NCBI GenBank assembly: GCA_049324535.1
Contig: JBMOOG010000020.1
Location: 287-64,286 of the forward strand
DNA: 64,000 bases
Direction: 5' to 3'
Source: Pseudomonadota bacterium
GTDB lineage: Bacteria; Pseudomonadota; Alphaproteobacteria; Rhodobacterales; Rhodobacteraceae
Part shown: positions 56,094 to 64,000 of the stretch, piece by piece
Numbering within the stretch: the stretch's first letter is position 1
How the letters are laid out: every line of letters starts with the position of its first letter
Translations under genes and position numbers: made by a program
Notes under the pieces: model-generated
What the model saw: the letters and a program-made list of their open reading frames with translations, nothing else
What the model was told of the DNA's origin: nothing
Database searches by the model: none

Positions 56094-57434
56094 ATGAAAT
56101 TCAGAAGCTGTGCGAGTGCGATAGCGCTTGCTTCGGCGGCCGCGCTGGCGCCGTCCGGACAGGCGGCAGCCTGGTCGCTCGAGGAGGCGGCCAAACCCTA
56201 TGCCGGAACCACGCTCGACGTGATCTTCCTCGACCGTCCGGGCTACAACGCGGCCAAGCAGATGCTGCCCGAGTTCGAACAGAAGACCGGCATCAAGGTG
56301 AACATCACCACGGTGCCCTACGAGAACGCGCTGGGCGAACAGGTCCGCGATTTCGTCGCGGGCGGCGATCTCGACATCGCGCTGATCGACCTGGTCTGGA
56401 TCGGCAACTTCGCCGAAAACGGCTGGATCGAACCGATCGAGACCTTCACCAAGAACCCGGAGCTGGCCGACCCCGATCTCGACATGGCCGACTTCTTCCC
56501 GCTGGTGGTCAATGCCTTCGGCGGCTGGAACGGCACGACCTACGGCCTGCCCTTCGACAACTATTCGGGTCTGCTGTTCTACAACTCCTGCATGCTGAAG
56601 GACGCCGGCTTCGACGGCCCGCCCGAGACCTGGCAGGACGTGATGGATAAGTATGGCCCGGCCCTGACCAAGGACGGCAAATACGCCTACGCGCTGCAGT
56701 CGAAGCGCAACGAGACCCAGTCGGCCGACAGCTTTGCCCGGTTCCTGTGGCCGTTCGGCGGATCGTTCCTGACCAAGGACTTCAAGTCGAACCTCAACTC
56801 GCCGGAAAGCCAGGCCGGGCTGAACTTCCGGCAGGATCTGATGAAGTTCATGCCGCCGGGCATCGTCGCCTATGACCATGCCGAGGCGGTGAACGCGCTG
56901 GCGCAGGGCGACGTGGCCTTCATCACCGAATGGTCGGCCTTCTATTCGACGCTGATGGACCCGAACACGTCGAAGGTGGCCGACTGCCTGGCCGTCGCGC
57001 CGGAACCGAAGGGACCGGCCGGCCGCAAGCCCGCGCTGGGCGGCTTCTCGCTTGCCGTCGCGACCCAGGCCGATGATGCGGAAAAGGCCGCGGGCTGGCT
57101 CTTCATCCAGTGGGTGACCTCGAAGGCCAACGCCGGGAAGTATCTCGAACTGGGCGGCGTGCCCGCGCGCCAGTCGGCCTATGCCGACCCGGCTCTGGCC
57201 GAGAAGTACAAGTTCATCCCGGCGCTGGTCGAAAGCTGGCAGGACGGCGTTCCGGAATTCCGGCCGCGCTTCGCCGAATGGCCCGAGATCACCGAGATCG
57301 TGCAGGAATGGGGCACCAAGATGATGCTGGGAGAAGTCAGCGTCGAAGAAGGTGCCAGGACCATCGGCGCCAAGATGGAAGACGTGCTGAAGGCCGCCGG
57401 CTACTACGACGGCAAGAAGCCGCTGGTGCAATAG
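56094..57434 (+). CDS. Sugar ABC transporter substrate-binding protein (family 1)
   Basis: Signal peptide MKFRSCASAIALASAAALAPSGQAAA. AGGGAGG SD upstream. SBP_bac_1-like body. Confidence 0.85.
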   Translation: MKFRSCASAIALASAAALAPSGQAAAWSLEEAAKPYAGTTLDVIFLDRPGYNAAKQMLPEFEQKTGIKVNITTVPYENALGEQVRDFVAGGDLDIALIDLVWIGNFAENGWIEPIETFTKNPELADPDLDMADFFPLVVNAFGGWNGTTYGLPFDNYSGLLFYNSCMLKDAGFDGPPETWQDVMDKYGPALTKDGKYAYALQSKRNETQSADSFARFLWPFGGSFLTKDFKSNLNSPESQAGLNFRQDLMKFMPPGIVAYDHAEAVNALAQGDVAFITEWSAFYSTLMDPNTSKVADCLAVAPEPKGPAGRKPALGGFSLAVATQADDAEKAAGWLFIQWVTSKANAGKYLELGGVPARQSAYADPALAEKYKFIPALVESWQDGVPEFRPRFAEWPEITEIVQEWGTKMMLGEVSVEEGARTIGAKMEDVLKAAGYYDGKKPLVQ

Positions 57435-57523
57435 ACGGATCTCCCGAGGGGTTGTGACGACCCCGATCCCTGTCCCTCCGGTCGCCGCATGGCCGGGGGG
57501 ACCTCTTCCCGACGGAGCCCGCC

Positions 57524-58402
57524 ATGATCGCCCGCGTCAAGCGCCGCACCATCCTTGCCTTTCTCGGCCCGGCCGTCCTGGCACTTGCCCTCGTCGGGAT
57601 CGCCCCACTGCTCTATGCGGTCTGGAAAAGCCTGCACTACTTCAACCTGACCAAGCTCGCGCAGCAGAAGTTCGTCGGTCTGGACAATTACGCCTCGGTG
57701 CTGAGCGATCCGGTCTTCTGGCAGGCCATGGGGCGGACGGCGCTGCTCTTCGCCGTGGCGGTGCCGATCGAGATCGTGCTCGGCCTTGTCATCGCGCTGG
57801 TGCTGCACCGGCCGGGCCTCGGCTTCTGGAAGACGCTGACCCGGCTGACGCTGGTGCTGCCCATGGCCACGACCTATGCCGTGGTGGGCCTTCTGGCGCA
57901 GGTGATGCTGAACCAGAAATACGGTGTCGTGAACCAGATTCTGGGCTGGCTCGGCGTGGATGCGATCAATTTTATCGGCGACCCTACAAATGCATTCATC
58001 GCCGTCGTCCTGTGGGACATCTGGCAGTGGACACCCTTCGTCGCGCTGGTCCTGCTGGCGGGACTGTCCACCGTTCCGCCCGAGATCGAAGAGGCCGCGA
58101 GGCTCGAGACGAAATCCGGCTGGACCGTCCTGCGCCATGTCCAGCTGCCCTTCCTGGTGCCCAGCCTTGTCGCCGTGCTGATCCTGCGCACCGCCGACAC
58201 GCTGAAGCTCTTCGACATGCCCTTCACTATGACACGCGGCGGGCCCGGCTCGGCCACCGAGTTCATCGCCGTCCTGATCGAACGGGTCGGCAACCGCCAG
58301 TTCGACATCGGCATGGCCGCGGCGCAGTCGATCATCATGCTGGCGATCACCATCGTGCTTGCCCGCATCTACATCCGGCTGTTCTACCGCGAGGTCCGCT
58401 GA
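57524..58402 (+). CDS. Sugar ABC transporter permease
   Basis: 6-TM MalF/UgpA-like protein. EAA-type loop (EIEEAARLETKSGWTVLRHVQLP). Confidence 0.88.
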   Translation: MIARVKRRTILAFLGPAVLALALVGIAPLLYAVWKSLHYFNLTKLAQQKFVGLDNYASVLSDPVFWQAMGRTALLFAVAVPIEIVLGLVIALVLHRPGLGFWKTLTRLTLVLPMATTYAVVGLLAQVMLNQKYGVVNQILGWLGVDAINFIGDPTNAFIAVVLWDIWQWTPFVALVLLAGLSTVPPEIEEAARLETKSGWTVLRHVQLPFLVPSLVAVLILRTADTLKLFDMPFTMTRGGPGSATEFIAVLIERVGNRQFDIGMAAAQSIIMLAITIVLARIYIRLFYREVR

Positions 58403-58403
58403 C

Positions 58404-59231
58404 ATGGCCGCCCCTGTCCGCCGCCGTCATCTGTGGGGCGAAGGCGCCCTGCTGCTTGTGATCGGGCTGTTCTGCGTCTTTCCCTTCTACTGGATGGTGA
58501 CGACCAGCCTGAAGACCCAGGTCGTCGCGCTGGAATCGCCTCCGGCCTGGTGGTTCACGCCGACTCTCGCGAACTACTGGGAGGTGCTGTTCGTGGACAA
58601 GGTCGGCCCGGCCCTGATCAACTCGATCATCGTCGCGGTCTGCACCACGGCCCTTGCCGTCGGTCTGGGAACGCCGGCCGCCTATGCGCTGGCCCGTTTC
58701 GAGTTCCGGGGCAAGCGCGACCTGTGGTTCTGGTTCATCACCAACCGCTTCGTCTCGCCGGTCGTCCTGGCCTTTCCGGTGTTCCTGATCGCGCGGGAGA
58801 CCGGCCTGCGCGACACGCATCTGGCGCTGATCCTCATGTATCTGACCTTCACCCTGCCGATCGTGATCTGGATCTGCACCGATCAGTTCCGCTCGATCCC
58901 GACCGAGCTCGACGAGGCCGCGACGCTCGAGGGCGCGAGCCAGTGGCGCATCTTCCGGTCGATCTGCCTGCCGCTGGCCATGCCGGGGGTGGCGGTCAGC
59001 GCCATCCTTTCCTTCATCTTCTCCTGGAACGAGCTGCTTTTCGCCTACATCCTGGCGCCCAAGGCCGCCAAGACCGCCCCCGCGATGGCCGTGACCTTCA
59101 TGGAGGGGTATGACGTGCCCTACGGCAAGATCATGGCGACCTCGACGCTGATCGTCGTTCCCGTATTGATCTTTGCCCTGCTGGCCTCGAAACACCTCGT
59201 GCGGGGCCTGACGATGGGCGCGGTGAAATAG
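58404..59231 (+). CDS. Sugar ABC transporter permease
   Basis: MalG/UgpE-like protein. EAA loop (ELDEAATLEGASQWRIFRSICLP). Start at ATG 58404. Confidence 0.88.
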   Translation: MAAPVRRRHLWGEGALLLVIGLFCVFPFYWMVTTSLKTQVVALESPPAWWFTPTLANYWEVLFVDKVGPALINSIIVAVCTTALAVGLGTPAAYALARFEFRGKRDLWFWFITNRFVSPVVLAFPVFLIARETGLRDTHLALILMYLTFTLPIVIWICTDQFRSIPTELDEAATLEGASQWRIFRSICLPLAMPGVAVSAILSFIFSWNELLFAYILAPKAAKTAPAMAVTFMEGYDVPYGKIMATSTLIVVPVLIFALLASKHLVRGLTMGAVK

Positions 59232-59238
59232 GGGATCC

Positions 59239-60210
59239 ATGGCGCGTGCACCGAAGCTTCCGCAGATCGACACCGAAGAGCGCTTCCTCGCGCAGGTCGC
59301 CTGGGCCTACCATGTCGAAGGGCTGACGCAGGAAAAGGTCGCCGAAAAGCTGGGCGCCACGCGGCTGCGCGTGAACAAGGCCCTGTCCGAGGCCCGGACG
59401 CGCGGGTTGGTGCGGATCACCTTCAACACCGCCTTCGCCGCCTGCGCCGAGCTGGAGGCCGCGCTGTGCGCCCGCTTCGGCGTCCGCAAGGCCTATGTCG
59501 CTCCGACGCCGACGGACCAGCGCGACGTCCAGATGATCACCGGCGCGGCTCTGGGCAACCTTCTGTCCGAGGTGCTGGCCGACCCGAAGGTGCGGCTCTT
59601 CGGCATGTCCTGGGGCGGCACGCTGAACATCGCGACCCGCTTCGTCGCGGCGATGGAACGCCCGGATCTGGAGGTGATCTCGGTCATGGGCGGGCTGACC
59701 CGCGGCTCCGATCTCAACAGCTTCGAGATCACCACGCGGCTGGCCGATCTGATCGGGTCCCAGCACAGCTACTTCACCGCGCCGCTTTACGCCGGCAGCC
59801 GGGAAAGCCGCGACACGATCATGCAGCTCGACGTGTTCCGCGACATCCTGGCCAAGCTGAGAGCGGTCGATGCGCTGGCGATGGCCGCCGGCGACATCTC
59901 GAAGCGGTCGCTTCTGATGCGGGACGGACTGCCTTCCGACACCACGATGGAGGAACTGGTCGCGCTGGGCGCGGTGGGCGACGTGCTCGGCACCGTGATC
60001 GATGCCGAGGGGCGTCCGATCGCGCATCCGATCAACGAACGGGTCATCGGCATCGGACTCGACGACCTTGGCCCGATCCCGAACGTCATCCTGGCCGCGG
60101 GCGGGCCGCACAAGGTGGCGATCGTGCGCGCCGTGCTGAGGCGGGGCGTCGTGAACACGCTGGTCACCGACGAGGCCACCGCCCGCGCGCTGCTGGAGCG
60201 CAACGGATGA
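59239..60210 (+). CDS. SorC/DeoR-family sugar-binding transcriptional regulator
   Basis: N-terminal HTH (LAQVAWAYHVEGLTQEKVAEKLGATRLRVNKALSEA) plus a sugar-phosphate-binding domain. Confidence 0.85.
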   Translation: MARAPKLPQIDTEERFLAQVAWAYHVEGLTQEKVAEKLGATRLRVNKALSEARTRGLVRITFNTAFAACAELEAALCARFGVRKAYVAPTPTDQRDVQMITGAALGNLLSEVLADPKVRLFGMSWGGTLNIATRFVAAMERPDLEVISVMGGLTRGSDLNSFEITTRLADLIGSQHSYFTAPLYAGSRESRDTIMQLDVFRDILAKLRAVDALAMAAGDISKRSLLMRDGLPSDTTMEELVALGAVGDVLGTVIDAEGRPIAHPINERVIGIGLDDLGPIPNVILAAGGPHKVAIVRAVLRRGVVNTLVTDEATARALLERNG

Positions 60211-61658
60211 CCTTTAACGTCGGCATCGACCTGGGCACCTCGGGCATCAAGGCGGTGCTGATCGAGGATCTGGCCCGCATCGTCGCGGTCGCGCCCGAGC
60301 CGATCGCGGTCAGCCGTCCGCAGGTCGGCTGGAGCGAGCAGGATGCCGACCTGTGGGTGGCGACCGTGTTTTCCTGTCTCGACCGTCTGGCCGCCGAGGC
60401 CCCGCGCGCGATGGCCGCCGTGCGCGGGATCGGACTGTCGGGACAGATGCTCTGCGCGTTGATCCTCGACGCGGATCTCAGGCCACTGCGCCCGGCCATG
60501 CTGTGGAACGACCAGCGCGCGATCGCCGAATGCGCCGAGCTTCTGGCCGCCGTGCCCGACATCGGCCGGCGGACGAACGGCACGCCCGACCCCGGCATCA
60601 CCGCGCCCAAGCTGATGTGGCTGCGCAGGCACGAGCCCGCGCTGATGGACCGGGCGCGGATGCTCATGCTGACCAAGGACTATGTCCGCCTCGCCCTGAC
60701 CGGAGAGGTCGCCACCGAGCCTTCGGATGCGGGCGGCACGCAGCTTCTCGATGTGGCGTCGGGGCGCTGGGATCCGGCGCTCTGTGCCGCCGTGGGCTGG
60801 GATCCGGCCCATCTGCCGCCGGTCCTCGACAGTTGGGCCGAGGCCGGGCGGCTCCGGCCCGAGCTTCTGGCCCGTTGGGGGATGACGGGGCCGGTCGCGG
60901 TCGCCGCGGGCGCGGGCGACAACATGGGATCGACGCTGGGCGCGGGCGGCGCGCGACCGGGCGATGCGGTGCTGACCGTCGGCACGTCGGGGGTGGCCTG
61001 CATCGTGGACGCGGCCTTCCATCCCGGCCCCGAGCGCGCGATCCTGACCTCGGCCCATGTCGTGCCCGGGGTTTTCCTGTCGATGGGCGTGGTGATGTCG
61101 GCCACCGCGAGCCTCGACTGGGTGGGCCAGCTGACCGGGCGCCGGGTGCCCGAGCTCGATGCGGAAGCCGCCGCCTGGGTCGCCGCCCGGGGGCCGGCCG
61201 CCGCGCCGGTGTTCCTGCCCTGCCTGACCGGCATCCGCACGCCCCTGAACCGGCCCGACCTGACCGGGCGCATGGCCGGCCTTCACCCCGGCGTCACGCC
61301 GGCGATGCTCGCCTATGCCACGATGGAAGGCGTGGCCTTCCAGTTCGCCGATTGCGTCGCCGCGCAGGTCGCGGTCGGTGTCAGGCCCGAGCGCTTCACC
61401 GTGGTGGGCGGCGGAACGCGCAGCGTGCTCTGGCTGCAACTGATGGCCAGCGCGCTTGACCGACCGCTCGGGCTGATCGAGGGCGCCGACATGGCCGGGC
61501 CGCGCGGGGCCGCACGACTGGCCGCCGTCGCGGCCGGGGCCCCGGTGGCGATCCTGTCCGAGCGCGTCCCCGCGATCCGCGAGGTTGCGCCCGACCGCCG
61601 TCTGGCCGAGGCCCTGGCCCCGCGCCACGCCGCCGTGGCCGCGCTGGCGGCGGGCTGA
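60207..61658 (+). CDS. FGGY-family carbohydrate kinase (xylulokinase-like)
   Basis: VGIDLGTSGIKAVL, LWNDQR, GAGDNMGS, VGGGTRS. The ATG overlaps the regulator stop (ATGA). Confidence 0.85.
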   Translation: MTFNVGIDLGTSGIKAVLIEDLARIVAVAPEPIAVSRPQVGWSEQDADLWVATVFSCLDRLAAEAPRAMAAVRGIGLSGQMLCALILDADLRPLRPAMLWNDQRAIAECAELLAAVPDIGRRTNGTPDPGITAPKLMWLRRHEPALMDRARMLMLTKDYVRLALTGEVATEPSDAGGTQLLDVASGRWDPALCAAVGWDPAHLPPVLDSWAEAGRLRPELLARWGMTGPVAVAAGAGDNMGSTLGAGGARPGDAVLTVGTSGVACIVDAAFHPGPERAILTSAHVVPGVFLSMGVVMSATASLDWVGQLTGRRVPELDAEAAAWVAARGPAAAPVFLPCLTGIRTPLNRPDLTGRMAGLHPGVTPAMLAYATMEGVAFQFADCVAAQVAVGVRPERFTVVGGGTRSVLWLQLMASALDRPLGLIEGADMAGPRGAARLAAVAAGAPVAILSERVPAIREVAPDRRLAEALAPRHAAVAALAAG

Positions 61659-61690
61659 GCTGCGGCCCGAACCGGACGATGACGCGGGCC

Positions 61691-61706
61691 TTCGCGTTTC
61701 GGATAG
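61691..61706 (+). promoter_or_regulatory. Box TTCGCGTTTCGGATAG (copy 4), 81 nt upstream of the 61788 start
   Basis: 15/16 identical to 44813-44828 and 49092-49107. A second CGGATAG lies at 61731-61737. Confidence 0.5.
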
Positions 61707-61787
61707 CAGCGGGACGCGGCAGGCGTATCACGGATAGCATGCGCGGCTGCGCCCGCAGCCCCGTGCCACCGGATCCGGAGAGCCATC

Positions 61788-62774
61788 ATGCCCGCCATGC
61801 GTCCCCTCAGCCCCCTCCTGACCGGCTTGGCGCTGGCCCTCGCCCTCGGGACCTCGAGCCCCGCCGAGACCGCGCGGACCGAAACCCTGCCGGCGGCATC
61901 GGTGACGGCGGGGACCATCCTGAAGGGCCGGCTGAAGGGGGACGCGACAGTCACCTATGCGGTCAGGGCCGAGGCCGGGCAGACCCTTTCGGTCGATCTG
62001 TCCACGTCGAACGCAAGCCTTTACTTCAACATCCTGCCCCAGGGGTCGCAGGAGGCGCTGTTCATCGGCTCGACCTCGGGCACCGTCGCGGACATTCCGC
62101 TGCCGGCGGCCGGGACCTACCTCATCCAGGTCTATCTGATGCGCAACGCGGCCCGGCGCGACGAGGCCGCGGATTACGCCATCGGCATCGGCCTTGCCCC
62201 CGGCGATTTCGCGGACGGGCTGGCCGGGGGGCCGGACTGGTGGCAGGTCGCGGGCCTGGCCGAGGGCGCGCTGAATGTCCGCTCTGGCCTCGACACCCGC
62301 TATCCGGTGGTCGGCAAGGCGGCCAACGGCGAGCTGATGCAGAACCGGGGCTGCCGCATGACCGGCCAGACCCGCTGGTGCAACGTCCGCATCGACGGTT
62401 CGGGCGTGCAGGGCTGGGTGGCCGGACGCTATCTGGTCGAAGGCGCGGCGCCGGCGGCCCCGGAGATGCCCGAGGGCGGGCCCAAGGGCAACGGTGTGCC
62501 CTTCGACGCCACCGGCTCGGTCGAGTGCGCCACGACTGCCGGGGCGCCTATGGCCAGCTGTCTCTTCGGCGTGGTGCGCGACGGCCCCGGCAATGCGGGG
62601 GTCTGGATCGCGCTGGGCGATGGCTCCGAGCGGGCGATCCTCTTCGAGGGCGGCGTGCCGGTCTCGGCCGACAGCCCCGCGCCGCTGAGCCATGAGAAGA
62701 CCGGGGACCTGTTCACGGTCCGGGTCGGGGACGAGACCTACCGCTTTCCCGAAGCCGTCGTGAACGGCGGCTGA
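61788..62774 (+). CDS. Secreted three-domain protein (beta-sandwich/PPC-like N-domain, bacterial SH3, C-terminal domain)
   Basis: Signal peptide. SH3b-like LNVRSGLDTRYPVVGKAANGELMQ...WCNVRIDGSGVQGWVAGRYL. Confidence 0.7.
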   Translation: MPAMRPLSPLLTGLALALALGTSSPAETARTETLPAASVTAGTILKGRLKGDATVTYAVRAEAGQTLSVDLSTSNASLYFNILPQGSQEALFIGSTSGTVADIPLPAAGTYLIQVYLMRNAARRDEAADYAIGIGLAPGDFADGLAGGPDWWQVAGLAEGALNVRSGLDTRYPVVGKAANGELMQNRGCRMTGQTRWCNVRIDGSGVQGWVAGRYLVEGAAPAAPEMPEGGPKGNGVPFDATGSVECATTAGAPMASCLFGVVRDGPGNAGVWIALGDGSERAILFEGGVPVSADSPAPLSHEKTGDLFTVRVGDETYRFPEAVVNGG

Positions 62775-63056
62775 CCGGGCATGCCGGCAAGGGCGGGATC
62801 CGAGCCGGTCCCGCCCCTGCCCCGAAGGTCAGAGCGAACACTCGCTGCCCTTAAAGAGGACGTCCTCGACCGTATCGTCGTTCGCGGCAAGGCCGCTCCC
62901 GGGGGCCTCTGCCCCGGCCACCGTGGCCTCGACGCGGGTTCCCGCCACGGAATGGAGGTGGTTGAACAGGGCGGCAAGCGGCGCCATCGCCGCCGCAACC
63001 GCATCGAGATCCTGTCCGATCGCCTGACAGGCTGGCGCAGAGTCGCGACCCCACTA

Positions 63057-63501
63057 CGACCGATGCGCCAAGACCTTCCCGTCTGCCGCCGCGCTCGCCG
63101 CTACCGTCTTGATCCAGCTTTGACGATCAAGGAGTCTGGACCCGAAACTCCTTTGAAAAAATGACCCCAATCGGGGCCCTTGGACGGATTCAGTGTCTGA
63201 ATGTGGCGGAGAGGGTGGGCCCGGGGTCGAACCTTCTTTTGTGGATGCCGCTCGGTTTGCAAGGAATTTGTGATCGTCTGGACTTGTGATCGAGTGCGGT
63301 CTTTTGTCAGGCCTGTTCGTGCGGCTGACTGGCGCCGCTGGCCGGGATGGTGATGCGCGGAGCGGGTCCAAATCTCCAAGAGCGAGCTCGAGGCTCGGAG
63401 AAGGTTTCTGATTTGCCCGATCCGGATCATGTCGATCATTTGCCCATGCAGATCATGCCTCCCTCACAACTCGGTGGCCCGGTAGCCCGTTCGACGCCCG
63501 A
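63057..63501 (-). mobile_element. Non-coding 3' end region of the IS110-family element (boundary approximate)
   Basis: By eye, GC drops to roughly the mid-50s % from about 63100 to 63450, against about 68% in the flanks. No credible ORF. Directly downstream of the transposase stop. Confidence 0.5.
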
Positions 63502-64000
63502 TCATGCGCCGATCAGCACCGGGCCGCGATAGCTTTCGCCACGCGTCAGCATCGCCCAGATGCCGCGCGCCATCTTGTTCGCCAGCGCGGTGGCCACGAC
63601 CGGGACCGGCTTGCGTTCCAGCATCCGCGCCAGCCACGAGCCCTTGGGCGCACCGCGGCGCGAGGCCCAGCGGATCACCGCGGTCGCCCCGATGACCAGC
63701 AGTCGACGAATATCGCGCTGCCCCATCTTCGAGGTCTTCCCCAGCTTCAGCTTGCCCCCGGTGGAATGCTGCCGCGGCACCAGGCCGAGCCAAGCCGCGA
63801 AATCCCGCCCACGCCGAAACTGCTCCATCGGTGGGGCGAAGGTCTCGACAGCGAGCGCAGTGATGGGGCCGACACCCGGCATCGTCTGCAACTGGCGCGG
63901 GAGGTCTGCTTCCTGCGACATGGCCGCGATCCTGGCTTTCAGCGCATTGATCCGGTCGGTCAGGTTGGCGATCTGCTCGAGCAGCATGCGGCAGATGTCC
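63502..64000 (-). CDS. IS110-family (DEDD) transposase, C-terminal part (N-terminus lies off the right edge)
   Basis: MPGVGPITALAVETFAPPMEQFRRGRDFAAWLGLVPRQHSTGGKLKLGKTSKMGQRDIRRLLVIGA is the Transposase_20 signature. The frame stays open to 64000. Confidence 0.88.
   Translation of the reverse strand, partial: DICRMLLEQIANLTDRINALKARIAAMSQEADLPRQLQTMPGVGPITALAVETFAPPMEQFRRGRDFAAWLGLVPRQHSTGGKLKLGKTSKMGQRDIRRLLVIGATAVIRWASRRGAPKGSWLARMLERKPVPVVATALANKMARGIWAMLTRGESYRGPVLIGA

Noticed and set aside
63054-63371. 105-aa ORF in the IS tail (minus strand), plus the neighbouring small ORFs 63101..63439- and 63347..63532+.
   Set aside because: They are Pro/Ser/Arg-rich and low-complexity, with no SD. 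They lie in a region better explained as the non-coding end of the IS110-family element.

Overview
This is a high-GC (roughly 68%) alphaproteobacterial chromosomal segment. The Paracoccus-type ATPase zeta inhibitor, the zwf-pgl-pgi operon and the tctCBA/tctDE locus point to Rhodobacterales. About 60 credible CDS and three tRNAs are present: Gly-CCC, a CAU tRNA and Asn-GUU. There is also one partial IS110-family element at the right edge. Many long ORFs in the supplied track are wrong-frame or antisense artefacts of the GC bias and were discarded. Several real genes were re-started inside longer track ORFs. RNase E (1-1717, minus strand) is absent from the track because it runs off the window edge.

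From about 1 to 30.7 kb the content is mostly housekeeping:
- rne, a DctB/DctD-like pair, and purC-(RraB-like)-purS-purQ
- a cluster that looks like a split cobalamin methionine synthase
- trmJ, thiE, zwf-pgl-pgi, rnd, purMN and sufE

From about 31 to 64 kb the content is more accessory:
- a TTT transporter with TctDE and an orphan binding protein
- a PNPOx/GAF sensor pair next to a BBE-like flavoprotein and a cytochrome c
- a P1B-5-like ATPase
- a translationally coupled alpha/beta-hydrolase-CPBP-ClpP-fold operon facing a paralogous hydrolase
- an orphan sugar/polyol locus
- an IS110-family end

The most interesting signal I found by eye is a 16-nt box, TTCGCGTT(G/T)CGGATAG. It sits at a fixed position upstream of four separate transcription units that all encode exported or envelope proteins of unknown function. 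No CRISPR array, recognisable defence system, prophage or toxin-antitoxin pair was seen. All family assignments come from motif recognition by eye and need HMM or BLAST confirmation.
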